NCBI RefSeq assembly: GCF_011386835.1 | Contig: NC_088797.1 | Span: 126,604,001 to 126,668,000, forward strand | Length of the DNA stretch: 64,000 nucleotides | Reading direction: 5' to 3' | From: Chrysemys picta bellii | Taxonomy: Eukaryota | Part shown: positions 1-12,029 of the stretch, piece after piece | Layout: each line of letters begins with the position of its first letter | How positions within the stretch are numbered: position 1 is the first letter of the stretch | Position numbers and translations under genes: made by a program | The notes under the pieces: generated by a model | Seen by the model: the letters and a program-made list of their open reading frames with translations, nothing else | What the model was told of the DNA's origin: nothing | The model's database searches: none

Positions 1-278
1 GACTAAACAAGCCCAGTTCCCTCAGTCTCTCCTCGTAACTGATGTGCCCCAGCCCCCTAATCATTTCCGTTGCCCTCCCCTGGACTCTCTCCAATTTGTC
101 CACATCCCTTCTGTAGTGGGGGCCCCCAAACTGGACACAATACTCCAGGTGTGGCCTCACCAGTGCTGAATAGAGGGGAATAATCACGTCCCTTGATCTG
201 CTGGCAATGCTCCTACTAATACAGCCCAATATGCTGTTAGCCTTCTTGGCAACAAGGGCTCACTGCGGACTCATATCC
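1..278 (-). mobile_element. CR1 LINE fragment (3' part of ORF2)
   Basis: Reverse complement of typical CR1 ORF2 3' sequence (ctggacacaatactccaggtgtggcctcaccagtgctgaatagagg...gccttcttggcaacaaggg); truncated by the window edge. Confidence 0.8.
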
Positions 279-1104
279 TCCGGCACAATACAAGCTCATA
301 GAAAGTCTGTCATTTATTAATAGAAAATCACACACACCATTCTTGCTACCTCAAATAGAGTTTCCCAAACACTGCAATTCAAACACGTTGGTTTAGAGAA
401 AACAGTAAAACAAATGTATTAACTGCAGAAAGCTGGATTCTAAGCGATCACAAGTGATGAGGCATAAAAGTCAGAATTGGTTACAAGAAAATAAAAGTAA
501 AATGCAGCTAATGCCAAATTTAACAAAACTAAATGAATTCAAAGCAAAGGTCACTCTCACATGTCTCATCAGTCCTATTCCAGACAGGATGTCTGCTCCA
601 GTCCAATGCTGCTTTCTTCTTCTTCAGCTATTGCTGATACCATGGGTAGAGAGAAAGGGAGAGGCAACTTAGTACACTTCTACTCCTTTCTTATAGATCC
701 TTCCCTTCTTTGGGAGTCGTCTCCAGCCGAGATTCAGGAGACAGAAAATCTGTCTGGATGGGAATGGCAAGCTGTTCCTTTGTCAAGATGTAGATTTTTT
801 TTTCACCCACACCCTCTTTCCTGCCAATGAATGGCCATTTAACCAGGTGATGGCCCATTTAAACTTGTGGACACCTGGCTGAGGCATTGGCCAGCCTTTT
901 GTGTCTGAGGAACTGGTTTGTGGCTGTTCCCCAGACTTAGAGCATGTCTTAGCGATACCATACGGTAGAATCTTATAACTATACATACATGTTGCCACAC
1001 ACATTTTACCAGAACAATAATGATCAGCAAATTATGAGTTTTCAAATGATACCTTGCAGGCCATACTTTGTACAAGATTTATCACAGGGGTGCAGACGGT
1101 CACA
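279..1104. mobile_element. LTR-like fragment (5'-truncated)
   Basis: Shares sequence blocks with the LTRs at 6513-7724 and 32055-33367 (caaacac...tttattaac...aaag...gattttaagtgat type) and ends in GTCACA at 1099-1104. Left end not identifiable. Confidence 0.55.
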
Positions 1105-1149
1105 AAGTCCGTGCTGGCAATTCCTTATAACCCTGCTATGCTCCAGGGG

Positions 1150-1525
1150 CTTAACATTGATTGTTTAATAATTTGTTCAGTATCGTTCTAGGTCTTGAAG
1201 TTAGGCCGACTGGTCTATAATTGCCCGGGTCCTTTGTGTTCCTCCTTTTGAAGATAGGTTCTATGTTTGCCCTTCTTCAGTCCTCTGGGACGTCCCCCGT
1301 CCTCCCTCAGTTCTCTCCAAAATAGCAGCTAATGGGGCAAAGATTGCTTCAGCTAGCTCCTTGAGTACCCTGAGGTGAATGTCATCAGGCCCTGCTGACT
1401 TGAATACCTCTAACTTAGCTAAATACTCTCTAACCTGTTCCTTCCCCGTTCTGGCCTGAGGGCCTTCCCGTGTTGTTAATAATAATTGTGTTAAGCAGCT
1501 GGTCACCATTAATCTTCTGAGTGAA
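1150..1525 (-). mobile_element. CR1 LINE ORF2 fragment (start of RT region)
   Basis: ORF 1261-1509(-) contains KEQVREYLAKLEVFKSAGPDDIHLRVLKELAEAIFAPLA, the CR1 RT-proximal KS.GPD.IH.RVLKELA motif. Confidence 0.85.
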
Positions 1526-2117
1526 GAAAAATATCCTCTGGGGCAGTGGTCTCATGCTATGGGGTCCCTCTGAGGGGCAGGATTAAACCACTGGTCAGGG
1601 ACATCATGGGGGAGGCTCCACCTTCCTCTCTAGTGAGTTTGCCCTACCTAGCCCTCATCACCTTGGGGCAATGGCCTCCCCCTGGGAATGGATTTCTCCT
1701 GGCAGCCAGTCTGTGTCTGTGCCCCATTGCGCACATGGGGAATGGAGGTACAGAGAGGCGAAGTGACTAGCCCATGGTCACGCATAGAGTCTGTGGTGCA
1801 GCAGGGCCCTGGTCTCCTGAATCCTGGCCCAGCATCGTACCCACAAGCCCAGCCTCCCCCTGGAATGGGAAGGCACCAGTCCCTGCTGAAGGGGTGGTGC
1901 CCGCGGCTCAGTGGGGCAGTGGTATAGCCCAGTGGGGTGGGAGGCAGGGAACATGGCTAAGGGCGCGAGTGCGCTGGGCCACTCCGAGGTGGGATGGGTG
2001 CTAGGTGGCCCCGGGGCCGGTGCGGCTGTGACAGGAGGCCAGAGCCGTGCTCGGTGGCCCCGTGGCCGGCTGGGAATCCCTGCTAAGCCCCCAGGCCGCG
2101 TTCTCTCATTGCCCCAG

Positions 2118-2357
2118 ATGTCAGCCGGCGCCTTCTGCTACCTGGTGTTCTGCGGGGTCTGCGTGCTGGTGGCGCTCTACGTCTACCTCGTCATCCCCGA
2201 GACCAAGAACAAAACGTTCGTGGAGATCAGCCAGATCTTCGCCGCCCGCCGCCCCTTCCTAACTGCCCCGTCCGGCGCCGTGAAGATGGTCCCGCTCGGC
2301 GGTTACGGGGCCTTGGAGAACGGCTCCCTGGATCTCTCGGGGTCCAGCCGGGCGTGA
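2118..2357 (+). CDS. Final coding exon of a class II facilitative glucose/urate transporter (SLC2A9/SLC2A11/SLC2A15-like; SLC2A15 favoured by synteny)
   Basis: Acceptor ttctctcattgccccag at 2101-2117, phase 0. Translates MSAGAFCYLVFCGVCVLVALYVYLVIPETKNKTFVEISQIF...SSRA*, i.e. TM12 plus the GLUT PETK motif, with the GLUT9-like PETKN.T..EISQ.F pattern. High GC3. Upstream exons lie outside the window. Confidence 0.9.
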   Translation: MSAGAFCYLVFCGVCVLVALYVYLVIPETKNKTFVEISQIFAARRPFLTAPSGAVKMVPLGGYGALENGSLDLSGSSRA

Positions 2358-3116
2358 CCCACCCCAGCAGCCGCTGGACTACTGCCTCTTCGCTCTGTTG
2401 TGGCACCCCAGCCCTGGCGGGTCAGGCCAGGAGTGGGGCTGGGCTCAGATGGGGGTGGGGGGCAGTCGCTGGGGCTGTGGATTAATTCCCTTCCTTTAAC
2501 CTCTTCCCACCTGGCGTCTGGCTCGGTCCCGCGGCCTAGAAAGGCCGTGAGTGGTGTGAGGCATCACAGGTGTGAGGGTCGCTGGGCCAAGGCCGGCACC
2601 TCATGCCCAGACTCTGTCTCTCCCCATCCCACCAGTTGCCTTCTCCTCCAGGAGTCCCAGGGCAGCCTCTCCAGGTCGCTGCTCTCCAGCTCTGCAGGGC
2701 ATTGGGCCTGGATCACCCTGCACCTTCCCTGCATGGCGGAGGCGGTGCCAGCCTAGGGTGAAGAGCCAGTGGGCTCAGTTGCTGCCCGCTGTCCCCGTGG
2801 TCAGGGGAGAACCCCTGCTCCCCCCGGGGCCATGGCTGGGAGCCGAGTCGGGGCTCATCCCTGGTCTCCAGGCTGGGCGTGAGATTCTTTCCTCTCCCCA
2901 CCAGGAGCCCTCGGGGTTTGCCCCTTAGCACCGTGAGCCAGCGCCTCTGGAAGCAGTGACATCACAGCAGGCAGGTGCTGATTGGCTGACAGTGTCATTC
3001 CTGGAAGGACCGCCCTTGAAGAGGCGGGACTTCTTGGAAGGCCCTGGGGCGGAGGGAGGCGGCTCCTGCCCAGGATTGGGTATGACGCCCAGGGGGAGGG
3101 AGGTCGGGGGGTATTT

Positions 3117-3122
3117 AATAAA
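3117..3122 (+). terminator. Poly(A) signal of the SLC2A gene
   Basis: AATAAA ~760 nt after the stop codon, followed by a GU-rich element (gtcgtgtgtggtgctg) ~25 nt downstream. Confidence 0.65.
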
Positions 3123-3251
3123 GGAAATTGCCTGTTCAGGCTGCAGTCGTGTGTGGTGCTGGGGGCAGGTCATTCCCTGTTTCTGATTTGGGCCCCAGAG
3201 CGGTTGTCTCATTAAACACTGAGATACATCAGCAGATCTATGGAGGTGGGC

Positions 3252-4717
3252 GGGGCTGCGGGTCGGGACTGAGGGGCACCGGCAGGGCTGGGGGGGGGAG
3301 GAGACCAGGGCTGGGATGGCAGATGGGCTGCGGGTCGGGACTGAGGGGCACCGGCAGGGCTGGGGGGGGGGAAGGAGACCAGGGCTGGGATGGCAGATGG
3401 GCTGCGGGTTGGGACTGAGGGGCACCGGCAGGGCTGGGGGGGGAAGGAGGCCAGGGCTGGGATGGCAGATGGGCTGCGGGTTGGGACTGAGGGGCACCGG
3501 CAGGGCTGGGGGGGGAAGGAGGCCAGGGCTGGGATGGCAGATGGGCTGCAGTTCAGGACTGAGGGGCACCAGCAGTGCTGGGAGGTGGTGTGGGAAGGAG
3601 GCCAGGGCTGGGATGGCAGATGGGCTGCGGGTCGGGACTGAGGGGAACCGGCAGTGCTGGGGCGGGGGGGGGAAGGAGGCCAGGGCTGGGATGGCAGATG
3701 GGCTGCGGGTCGGGACTGAGGGGCACCGGCAGGGCTGGGGAGGGGGGAAGGAGGCCAGGGCTGGGATGGCAGATGGGCTGCGGGTCAGGACTGAGGGGCA
3801 CCGGCAGGGCTGGGGAGGGGGGAAGGAGGCCAGGGCTGGGATGGCAGATGGGCTGCGGGTCGGGACTGAGGGGCACCGGCAGGGCTGGGGAGGGGGGAAG
3901 GAGGCCAGGGCTGGGATGGCAGATGGGCTGCGGGTCGGGACTGAGGGGCACCGGCAGGGCTGGGGAGGGGGGAAGGAGGCCAGGGCTGGGATGGCAGATG
4001 GGCTGCGGGTCGGGACTGAGGGGAACCGGCAGTGCTGGGGCGGGGGGGGAAGGAGGCCAGGGCTGGGATGGCAGATGGGCTGCGGGTCGGGACTGAGGGG
4101 CACCGGCAGGGCTGGGGAGGGGGGAAGGAGACCAGGGCTGGGATGGCAGATGGGCTGCGGGTCGGGACTGAGGGGGACCGGCAGTGCTGGGGAGGGGGGA
4201 AGGAGGCCAGGGCTGGGATGGCAGATGGGCTGCGGGTCGGGACTGAGGGGGACCGGCAGTGCTGGGGAGGGGGGAAGGAGGCCAGGGCTGGGATGGCAGA
4301 TGGGCTGCGGGTCGGGACTGAGGGGGACCGGCAGTGCTGGGGGGGGGGAAGGAGGCCAGGGCTGGGATGGCAGATGGGCTGCGGGTCAGGACTGAGGGGC
4401 ACCAGCAGTGCTGGGGGGGGGAAGGAGGCCAGGGCTGGGATGGCAGATGGGCTGCGGGTCAGGACTGAGGGGCACCGGCAGGGCTGGGGAGGGGGGAAGG
4501 AGGCCAGGGCTGGGATGGCAGACGGGCTGCGGTTCAGGACTGAGGGGCACCGGCAGGGCTGGGGAGAGGGGAAGGAGGCCAGGGCTGGGATGGCAGATGG
4601 GCTGCGGGTCAGGACTGAGGGGCACCGGCGGTGCTGGGAGGTGGTGGGGGAAGGAGACCAGGGCTGGGATGGGTGATGGGCTGCGGGTCGGGACTGAGGG
4701 GCACCGGCAGTGCTGGG
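3252..4717. repeat. GC-rich minisatellite, ~75-bp unit x ~20
   Basis: Unit GGGCTGCGGGTCGGGACTGAGGGGCACCGGCAG(G/T)GCTGGGGAGGGGGGAAGGAGGCCAGGGCTGGGATGGCAGAT recurring every ~73-76 bp. Accounts for the repetitive ORFs at 2925-4764. Confidence 0.95.
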
Positions 4718-6512
4718 ATAGCAGGGGGCACTTTGGCAGGACTAAGGGACCAGGGAGGTTGTGAGGCTGCAGATCAGTTTCATGGATTCGCCCCTTGCTC
4801 AGATCTGATGCGGCGGCGTCCGTCCTGGGCGAGGGGAGGCCGAGGCGTGGTCAATGGGAGCTGCCTGGCGGTGCCACCCAGGTGAATGACAGATTCCCCC
4901 CACCCGCCCCCCATGTGCCCCTCGCTGAGCCGACTCCTGCAGGGGTTGGATGGGATGGGAGCGGAGCAGTGGGGGCCATGGGTCGGGGGTCCCTGTGCTC
5001 CAGGCCACGGGGGGATGTGCCACATGCCGGTTTGTCTGGTTGCTGGGACGGCACAAGCTCCGCGTCCCAGCGCCTGTTACCTGCCTGGGAGATGGGAGGA
5101 AAATGGCAGCTCGATCTAGCGCAGGGGGAACCTCCCAGAGCCCCCGGGCGTCACTGCAGAGAAGCAGCCGCACATTCAGCTGCGGGTCCCGGCCTCGATG
5201 GGGATCTCAGCGGGCGGAGTGGGATTCCCAGCCCCGTCTCTGGGCTCCACTCCCAGCCCAAACCCAGATCTTCAGCCTGGTCCCCCGCGGGCTGGGGATG
5301 GGCAAAGGGAGAGCTGGACCCCGGGGCAGAGGTAAACCCAGACTCCCAACTCCTGATCTGAGCCTGGCCCCCTGGAAACCCAAAGGTCAAAGGTCACCAA
5401 GCTCTTTTCAAACCTCACACCAAGTTCTGATTGGCGTTCTGGGGCCGGGTCGGGCCCGTTCTCACCCTGACGGCCCTGTTCTCCCGCCTAGTTACCCCAC
5501 TCAGCCAGAGCTGGGTTTACAACCTCGATCGCCTTGTCGTCATTGGTTTTGCAGGCTGCAGGTACCTGCGATGACCCCAAGGTGTCCCCATCCGTCAGCA
5601 CTAGGGGTAAGCGGCCCGCAGGAGGGTAGGGGCTCAGGGCACGTGGTACCCGAGAGGCCGGGTCATAAGGGGGAGGGGGCCCCAGCCCACTGGCTCAGGG
5701 TCAGGGTCGGTGCATGGCAGCAGACAGAGCTGGGGGCATCGGATGTCCTGCTGTTTCTTCCCCACATCCTGCCCCTTGGAGGCGCTGTGGGGAGCCCGGA
5801 GATAAGCTGGGCGCCCTGGCAACCCCGGTGCACGGTCCTGTCAGTGCCGGGGTTTTGCAAACATCCCGCTGCCTGTCCTGCGTCCACTGGGACAAGCGTT
5901 CATTGGGGACGGAGCGTCAGGATTCCTGGGTTCTATTTCCAGGCCCCTCACTCGCTTTACTTGGAAAAGGGCGAGGCGGTGCGTCCCCACTGCGTGTCGC
6001 TATTCCCTGCCTGGGAAATGGGACTGGTGGGTGACCCACCTCCCCGGGGCTTTGTTAGCACCCGCAAGGCACTTGGAGAGCCGCGGCTGGCGGGCGCTCG
6101 AGTTGGCTTGCAATCTCCTGGCCAGCCTGAGGTGGAAGAGCGCAGCTGGCTGACTGGCTGGCTTCAAAGCTCCCAGCAGCTAGCGCCGGGACCCAGCTAA
6201 TACGGTGAGGCATCAGGACCCTGCAGGCAGCTGTTCGTATTAACACACAGACTCACCACTTTTATCCCAGCTCCACGTCGCCCGCGCCCCGCTGAGCCCA
6301 GCGCCGTTACCGGTGCTAGGAAAATGAGAGTCGAGGGTGCATCTTCTCTCCTGCGATACGGGAGTCTGGAGCCGGTGAGTGTGATACGAGTGAGTCGCCC
6401 TCTGGTCCCGGCTCGGGGCAGCCCAGCCAGACACAGCTGTCTGCCCTCGGCCCATCCCCTCTAGCGCCGTTAGAGAGGCTTTGCTAAGGTCGGGGGTTTG
6501 CTGGTGGGGACC

Positions 6513-7724
6513 TGCGATGGCTTGCCCCCCTTCAAGATGCCACCTGATGTGTTGAGATACCACTGAGCTTGCCTGTTCTGCCAGACTGGGCCCCCTTTAT
6601 CCTGTCTTGCTGAGCCAGACTCTTAAGCCTCCTCTAACACACCCACAGGCAGGGCCACCCCCAGCCGCAGAAAGACACAGACACTGAGATCAGCTCTGAG
6701 AAGACTCAACTTAAGGGACTTGCCCCAGCACTCCGGTACCCACCTCCCTTGGAGCGCAGACCCAAAGGGATATCGTCTTGCGCTGTATAGAAAAATCTGC
6801 ACAGCGAAAGCTCATAAAAATTCACCCTCTCCCTCAATGTGAAGAGAGATGTGCACAGCTTCTTTCCCACCCCCACCCAGGTAGAAATTGCACAAACTGG
6901 GTTGAATAATAAACAAAAAAATGTATTAGCTACAAAAGGCAGATTTGAAGTGATTATAAGGGATAGCAAACAGAACAAAGCAGATTACTAAGCAAATAAA
7001 ACAAAACACTCAAACTAAGCTTGATTCACTAAGGAAATGGGCGACAAATAGTAATTTTTCACCCTAAAAGTTATTTCAGGCAGATTATAGAGATTCTTGA
7101 AAGCCAGCTGCATTGGTCTACAGCTTGAAACGTCAGGTATTACTATTCACAGGCTAGGCACCCTTCCAGGCTGGGCTCAGCTCTTCTCCCCCGGTCCAAT
7201 TCCTGTTTCCAGGTGTTTTTCAGTGTCACTTTGGGCAGGGAGGCAGAGGAGAACACCCCTGCCTTATATAGTTCTTGTGTAGGGCGGGATCCTTTGTCTT
7301 CCAGGGGAAAAACACAGGCATTCCAAGGTGGGTCCAGTACCAGGCGACTCAGACCCATGTCTCTGCAGGGTCGTAGCAGTCATTACTCGCAGGCTGTCTG
7401 GAGCGTCCACCGGAAGACAAAGCTCTTTCACAGTCCATAGTCTCTGCTAATGGGCCGTCTGCCCTGTCTGGCTTTTCATTGTTGTACCTGAAGGTCTAGT
7501 TGTGGATGTCACCCAGAGTAGCATAGTTGAAATACAGAGACATAGTCAATATTCAACTTCAGATACAGAAATGATACAGGCAGACAAATTGGATCATCAC
7601 ATTCAGTAAATCAGAACCTTTCCAATGATATCTTACATGAGCCATCTTGCATAAGTATATCTCAGTTATGTCATATCCATATCATAAGCATATTTCCATA
7701 AAGACTATGGAGTGTAATGTCACA
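6513..7724. mobile_element. Solo LTR (~1.2 kb)
   Basis: Begins TGCGATGG (TGTGA-like) and ends TGTCACA; flanks GGACC / GCACC (4/5 match, putative 5-bp TSD); similar to the LTR at 32055-33367. Confidence 0.7.
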
Positions 7725-7899
7725 GCACCACATAGAGCCTTTTGCACTGAGGGCACGGGTGCAAATCCTGGACAGGGAGGGCCTGGCTGCGTTGGGCCAC
7801 AGTTGGGTTGGTTGTTCCAGACCAGACCGGAGTCTGTGCCACAAAACCTGAAGGGGGGGTCCCAAAGAGGATGGAGCTCGGCTGTTCTCAGTGGGGGCA

Positions 7900-8074
7900 C
7901 ATGACAGAACAAGGAGCAATGGTCTCACGTTGCAGTGGGGGAGGTCTAGGTTGGATATTAGGAAACACTATTTCACTAGGAGGGTGGTGAAGCACTGGAA
8001 TGGGTTACCTAGTTGGGGTTGGACTAGATACCTCCTGAGGTCCCTTCCAACCCTGATCTTCTATGATTCTATGA
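7900..8074 (+). mobile_element. CR1 3' end (internally deleted)
   Basis: Encodes [31 protein letters not shown] (CR1 ORF2 C-terminus) and ends in the CR1 terminal repeat TTCTATGATTCTATGA. Confidence 0.9.
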
Positions 8075-8639
8075 ACTCACTCCCCCCCCCCCGCCCCGGC
8101 ACTCACTGGACAGTCCGATGAGTGAGTGGCCCCGGATGTTTCAGCCCTCTCCCATCTCCCCTGGCGGAAGGGGGTCAGGATGGTGCAGCCTCTCTTCCAG
8201 CCCCTCCACCCCCATGCTCTGCCTCCCAGCCCAGCCACACCTCACAGCAGCCAGGACACCCGTTAGGTTCCCCGGGAGCAGCCCAGCTGGTGAATTAGCT
8301 TGGCCTCACAGAGATGCCAAGGACCGAATGGGCTGGAGAAGCTGCTCTCTGCCCCCAGTGGGGTCTGGGCCAAGCTGGGTAGGATATGGGGCAAGCCCTG
8401 TTGCTGCCCTTGTTCTGGGCACGGAGGGGGCCCCGGGGCCTTGTCTACTAGCACCCAGATCACTTCTGTTTAGGGCTGTTGGTTTTTTCCTTTCGAAAGG
8501 TATTTCTGGCAACCTCAGGCTGGGAAACGCACCGATGCCCTGGCTGGCTGAGTCACGGGGGGACACGGGGAGCCAGGCTGGCAATCAGCGGCTGGAGGTC
8601 CCCCCAGCACCTGCCTTGCCCCCGTCGTGCCTTCTGCTG

Positions 8640-11420
8640 CCCTAGAGACCATCATGGCAAAACCCCTCCTGGTGCTCCAAAGACATCGCAGTGCATGGCG
8701 AGGCGACTCCAGCACCAGAGATCAGAGGCTGGCGAAGCTGATCACTGGTGCTGGCTGACGCCCCGAGCAGGGCGCATATACCCAGCCCAGGGCCGGCTCT
8801 AGGCACCAGCAAAGCAAGCAGGTGCTTGGGGCAGCAAATTTGCAGGGGCGCAAGAATCCAGCGTGAGAGCTGAGAACCAAGAGGGAGCCCTGGGAGCTGT
8901 AGTTCCTTGGTTAGCTCCCTGCCTCTAGAGCCAGCCCTGGAGCAGGGAAAGAACTACATTTCCCAGCATTCCCTTGGCCGCAATTAACAGGAAAGGGAGG
9001 GGGAAGGAGCGTGGAACTGAAACCTCATGCTGCAGCTTGCTGTGAATGGTAGGGACAGAGCCAGCTCTAGGTGTTTTGCTGCCCCCCCACCCCAGCCCTG
9101 GGCTCCCCCCGCACCCTTGTGTTGCCCCAGCCCTGGGCTCTCCCTCCACCCGCACCCCCTGCCGCCCCAGCCCTGGGCTCTCCCACTCCTGCACCCACAC
9201 CCCCTGGCATCCCAGCTCTGGCCCCCACCTGCACTCCCCTGCTGCCCCAGCCCTGGGCTCTCCCCCAAAGAAAGAATTGGGGGGACTAAATGGACAGTGC
9301 ACCTCTCTATCTGAAGCCTAGCAAGGCAGGTACGTGGATCCCACTAGAATTTAAAATGAAAAGTAAGGGAGGGGAGGCTCTGGACCTGGGCAGCTTTAGA
9401 TACAGTACCAGGCATGCAGGAGGATTTACACTTCTGAGCCATGGAAGCAGAAATTGACTTTTCCTTTCCAGATTTAGCTAATATTCAGAAAGGGAATCTA
9501 GCACCTGCCTTCCAGATTTGAACACCTCAACATTCAGGAGTGCTCAAGCTCAGTTTGGGCAGCTGTTACTTCATTTCTCCCAAATCAAATATACTGATCC
9601 ACTGGAACTTGCTGTAGAAAAAGTAGAATAAATTGAGCAAGAAATGCTGCCCAGTGGTTATTAGGACTGGAATTGCTATTTTCAACAGCCATTGCTTTTT
9701 TTTTAATTATTAATTATTATTATTATTATGTTTTAGTTTTAGTTGTTTAAAAGGAAGACAGTGATATTGCATTGGCAAATTCCCCATAGAAACAAAGAAT
9801 GGAACAAAAGAATAATAAAGGCACCTCAACTTTTCCTCATTTATGGAGGACAGTCTTATAATCTGCATCCAGACATCCTCCAATCACACACGCTGAAAAT
9901 TGTTCCACTTTACTGCAGTTCTGTAACCATATGGGAACCAATCCTGTCTGTGTTCTGTGCGCATCCAAAATTCCTGCTGAATGACCCGCCCTGGGAGCGA
10001 GTTACCAGTGACCCAGGGCTGGGGTGGCAGGAGGGTGCAGTGGGGGGGGGGGCACCCAAAATTTTTTTTGCTTGGGGCAGCATAAAACCTAGAGCCGGCC
10101 CTGACCCAGCCTCGGCGAGCTGCAGGCAGGGGACCAGGACACAGATTCAACAGCGAGGCTGCTGGCAATCAAAGCAGCTACGGAAAAGGCCATCCAGCGT
10201 CAGGCTGTCCTGTGAGCGCTAGTAGCAGGGAGGGCAGAAGACAGCAGCCCAGTACGAGGAGGAGCAGAACCAGATTTTCAAATGACGGAGGAGCTGCATG
10301 TGCGGGATGGAATGATGCTTGGAGGCCAGAGAGCCGGCGTCCTCACCGCGTTCCGGAGGGATCTCAGGCCAAAAAATACCTGCCTCACTCCTGGGTATTG
10401 ACAGCTGTCCTAGCCGGGTGCAAGAACAGGAACGAATGCTCCTTGATAGAAGGGCTTGACGCAGGAGTGGCAAAAGCTCCCTAAAAGTGCGGGGGTCATC
10501 CGAACCGTGGCCCCGCCCCTTTCCCCAAGGCCCCGCCCTCACACTGCCTCTTCCCCTGAGGCCCTGCCGCCTTCCTCTTTCTCCCAAAACCCCATCCCCT
10601 GCTCACTCCTCTCCGCCCCCTCCCCCCCCATCGCTTGCCCTTACGGCTGGTAAAAAGGACGTTCCCCTCCCGCTTTTCAAAGTGATGGGGCCATGGCCCC
10701 CTGGCTCCTCGTGTTTGACACCTGCCGGCCGTGTGAAGAAGGAGACTCTATTACCACATAAGCTGCCCACCTGGTGGTGGGAAAAGGCAGGAGTGGACTT
10801 CCTGACCTCCAAGGAAAAGCAGGACTTGATTGGACCACGACTCAAACTCTGTGGCGGTCGCCACGGTGCCTGAGACAAGGAGCAAGTCAATGGCTGGCCA
10901 ACCCAAGGCCCACGCTGCGAGACACGGCATTGCCGACGCTGGATTTGCCCACGACGGATCCCAGTTTGCCTTGAAAGAATTCAAGGAATTTGATTCCGCC
11001 CAAATGGGGGTTTGACCACCACACCTCCACCCAGCAAACCCCCAGAGTAAGGGGGAGGTGGAACCAGCCGTGACAGCATCTAAGATACTGGGACGTGAGG
11101 CTGGGTCTTGTGGCTCATTTCTGGCACACGGGGATCCCCCATGGCAGGGGTGCCGAACGATGAGGCACAGGCCCTGAGGGGATGAAGAACCGAGAGCCTG
11201 CTACCTCTGAGGGGAGACCTGTTGCTGCCAGAAGGACGGAGATACCACTGAAAGGAGACGGCCGACAATCAGAGAAAGCAGGCCCTGGAGACAACCGGGC
11301 AGCCCATGAGGCTCCAGCCATTAGAGAGCCCCCAGCAGGAGTGGACTAAAGAGGTCTAGCAGGGTGTAGCATCCTGCGAGGCGGCCAGAGGGCCCATGGT
11401 CCCAGGAGGGGCTGGTATTA
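8640..11420 (+). mobile_element. Degraded Ty3/Gypsy pol fossil (RNase H end to integrase), split by a hAT insertion
   Basis: Frameshifted translation gives PLETIMAKPL..APK.SQCMARRLQ and LVLADAPSRAHIP (RNase H ADALSR motif) before 8788. After 10103 it gives EELHVRDGM, LGIDSC..R, LLPHKLPTWWWEKAGVDF, KAHAARHGIADAGFAHDGSQFALKEFKEF and PQSKGEVEPAV (integrase core). Confidence 0.8.
8788..10103. mobile_element. Non-autonomous hAT DNA transposon (1316 bp)
   Basis: Perfect 15-bp TIRs CAGGGCCGGCTCTAG (8788-8802) / CTAGAGCCGGCCCTG (10089-10103); perfect 8-bp TSD ACCCAGCC (8780-8787, 10104-10111). No transposase ORF. Confidence 0.92.
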
Positions 11421-11759
11421 GCGGGATGCCAGAAAATCTGGGTACGGGGGGACTTGGGCTGGAAGCAACAGAGCCACACGGGCCGAGCCGTGCACAGGGT
11501 GGAATGAAGTTCCACTTGTTCAGTTTAACCCGCAGCTAGCGCCGCTTTGTGCTAACGAAACGGAGAGGGTTATGAGGTTTGTGGTGAAATTGCAGCATTT
11601 TGTCTGCAGCAGTTGGGTGGGTTTTTTTCCTGCTTGTGAAAAGTGTGAAGGGCAGCACAGCAAATGGTTCACTGATCTGCTGTGTGTCATAGGCCCTATA
11701 CTGCCAAGACAGAAACCAGCTGAATTATTTTTTGCAACTAACTAGCCCTATTTTTAGAG

Positions 11760-12029
11760 TGTGGTCCCGAAACTGTGGGGTGTGTCCCCCTAGAGGGGTG
11801 CGGAGGAATGTTCACGGGGTGCAATGTGGCCCAGGCCAGCCCCCACGGAGGGCAGGGAGAGAGCACTACTCCACCCTGCTCTGCCCCCTGCTCTGCTCTG
11901 GCCCCAGCCACAGTTCCCAGCCCCAGCTCCTGACGATGCCTCTGACCCCACTCCCAGCTCCTGCTCCCTCTCTGGGGGGCGCGGACCAGGTAAGCAGGGG
12001 AAAAGAATGAAAAACTTTGGGGACCACTG
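11760..12029. mobile_element. hAT-Charlie-like MITE
   Basis: Right TIR AACTTTGGGGACCACTG; degenerate left TIR TGTGGTCCCGAAACT; flanks TTTTAGAG / TCTTAAAG (6/8), resembling the Charlie NTCTAGAN target. Confidence 0.6.

Noticed and set aside
2925-4764. Long repetitive ORFs (392, 359, 214 aa etc.)
   Set aside because: They are translations of the 75-bp GC-rich minisatellite; no splice context or homology.
4950-6200. 416-aa plus-strand ORF
   Set aside because: No recognisable domain, random-looking composition in GC-rich DNA, and it overlaps a SINE-like segment near 5880-6060.
10830-11015. Short protein-like ORF ...KAHAARHGIADAGFAHDGSQFALKEFKEF
   Set aside because: It is a degenerate Gypsy integrase core fragment.
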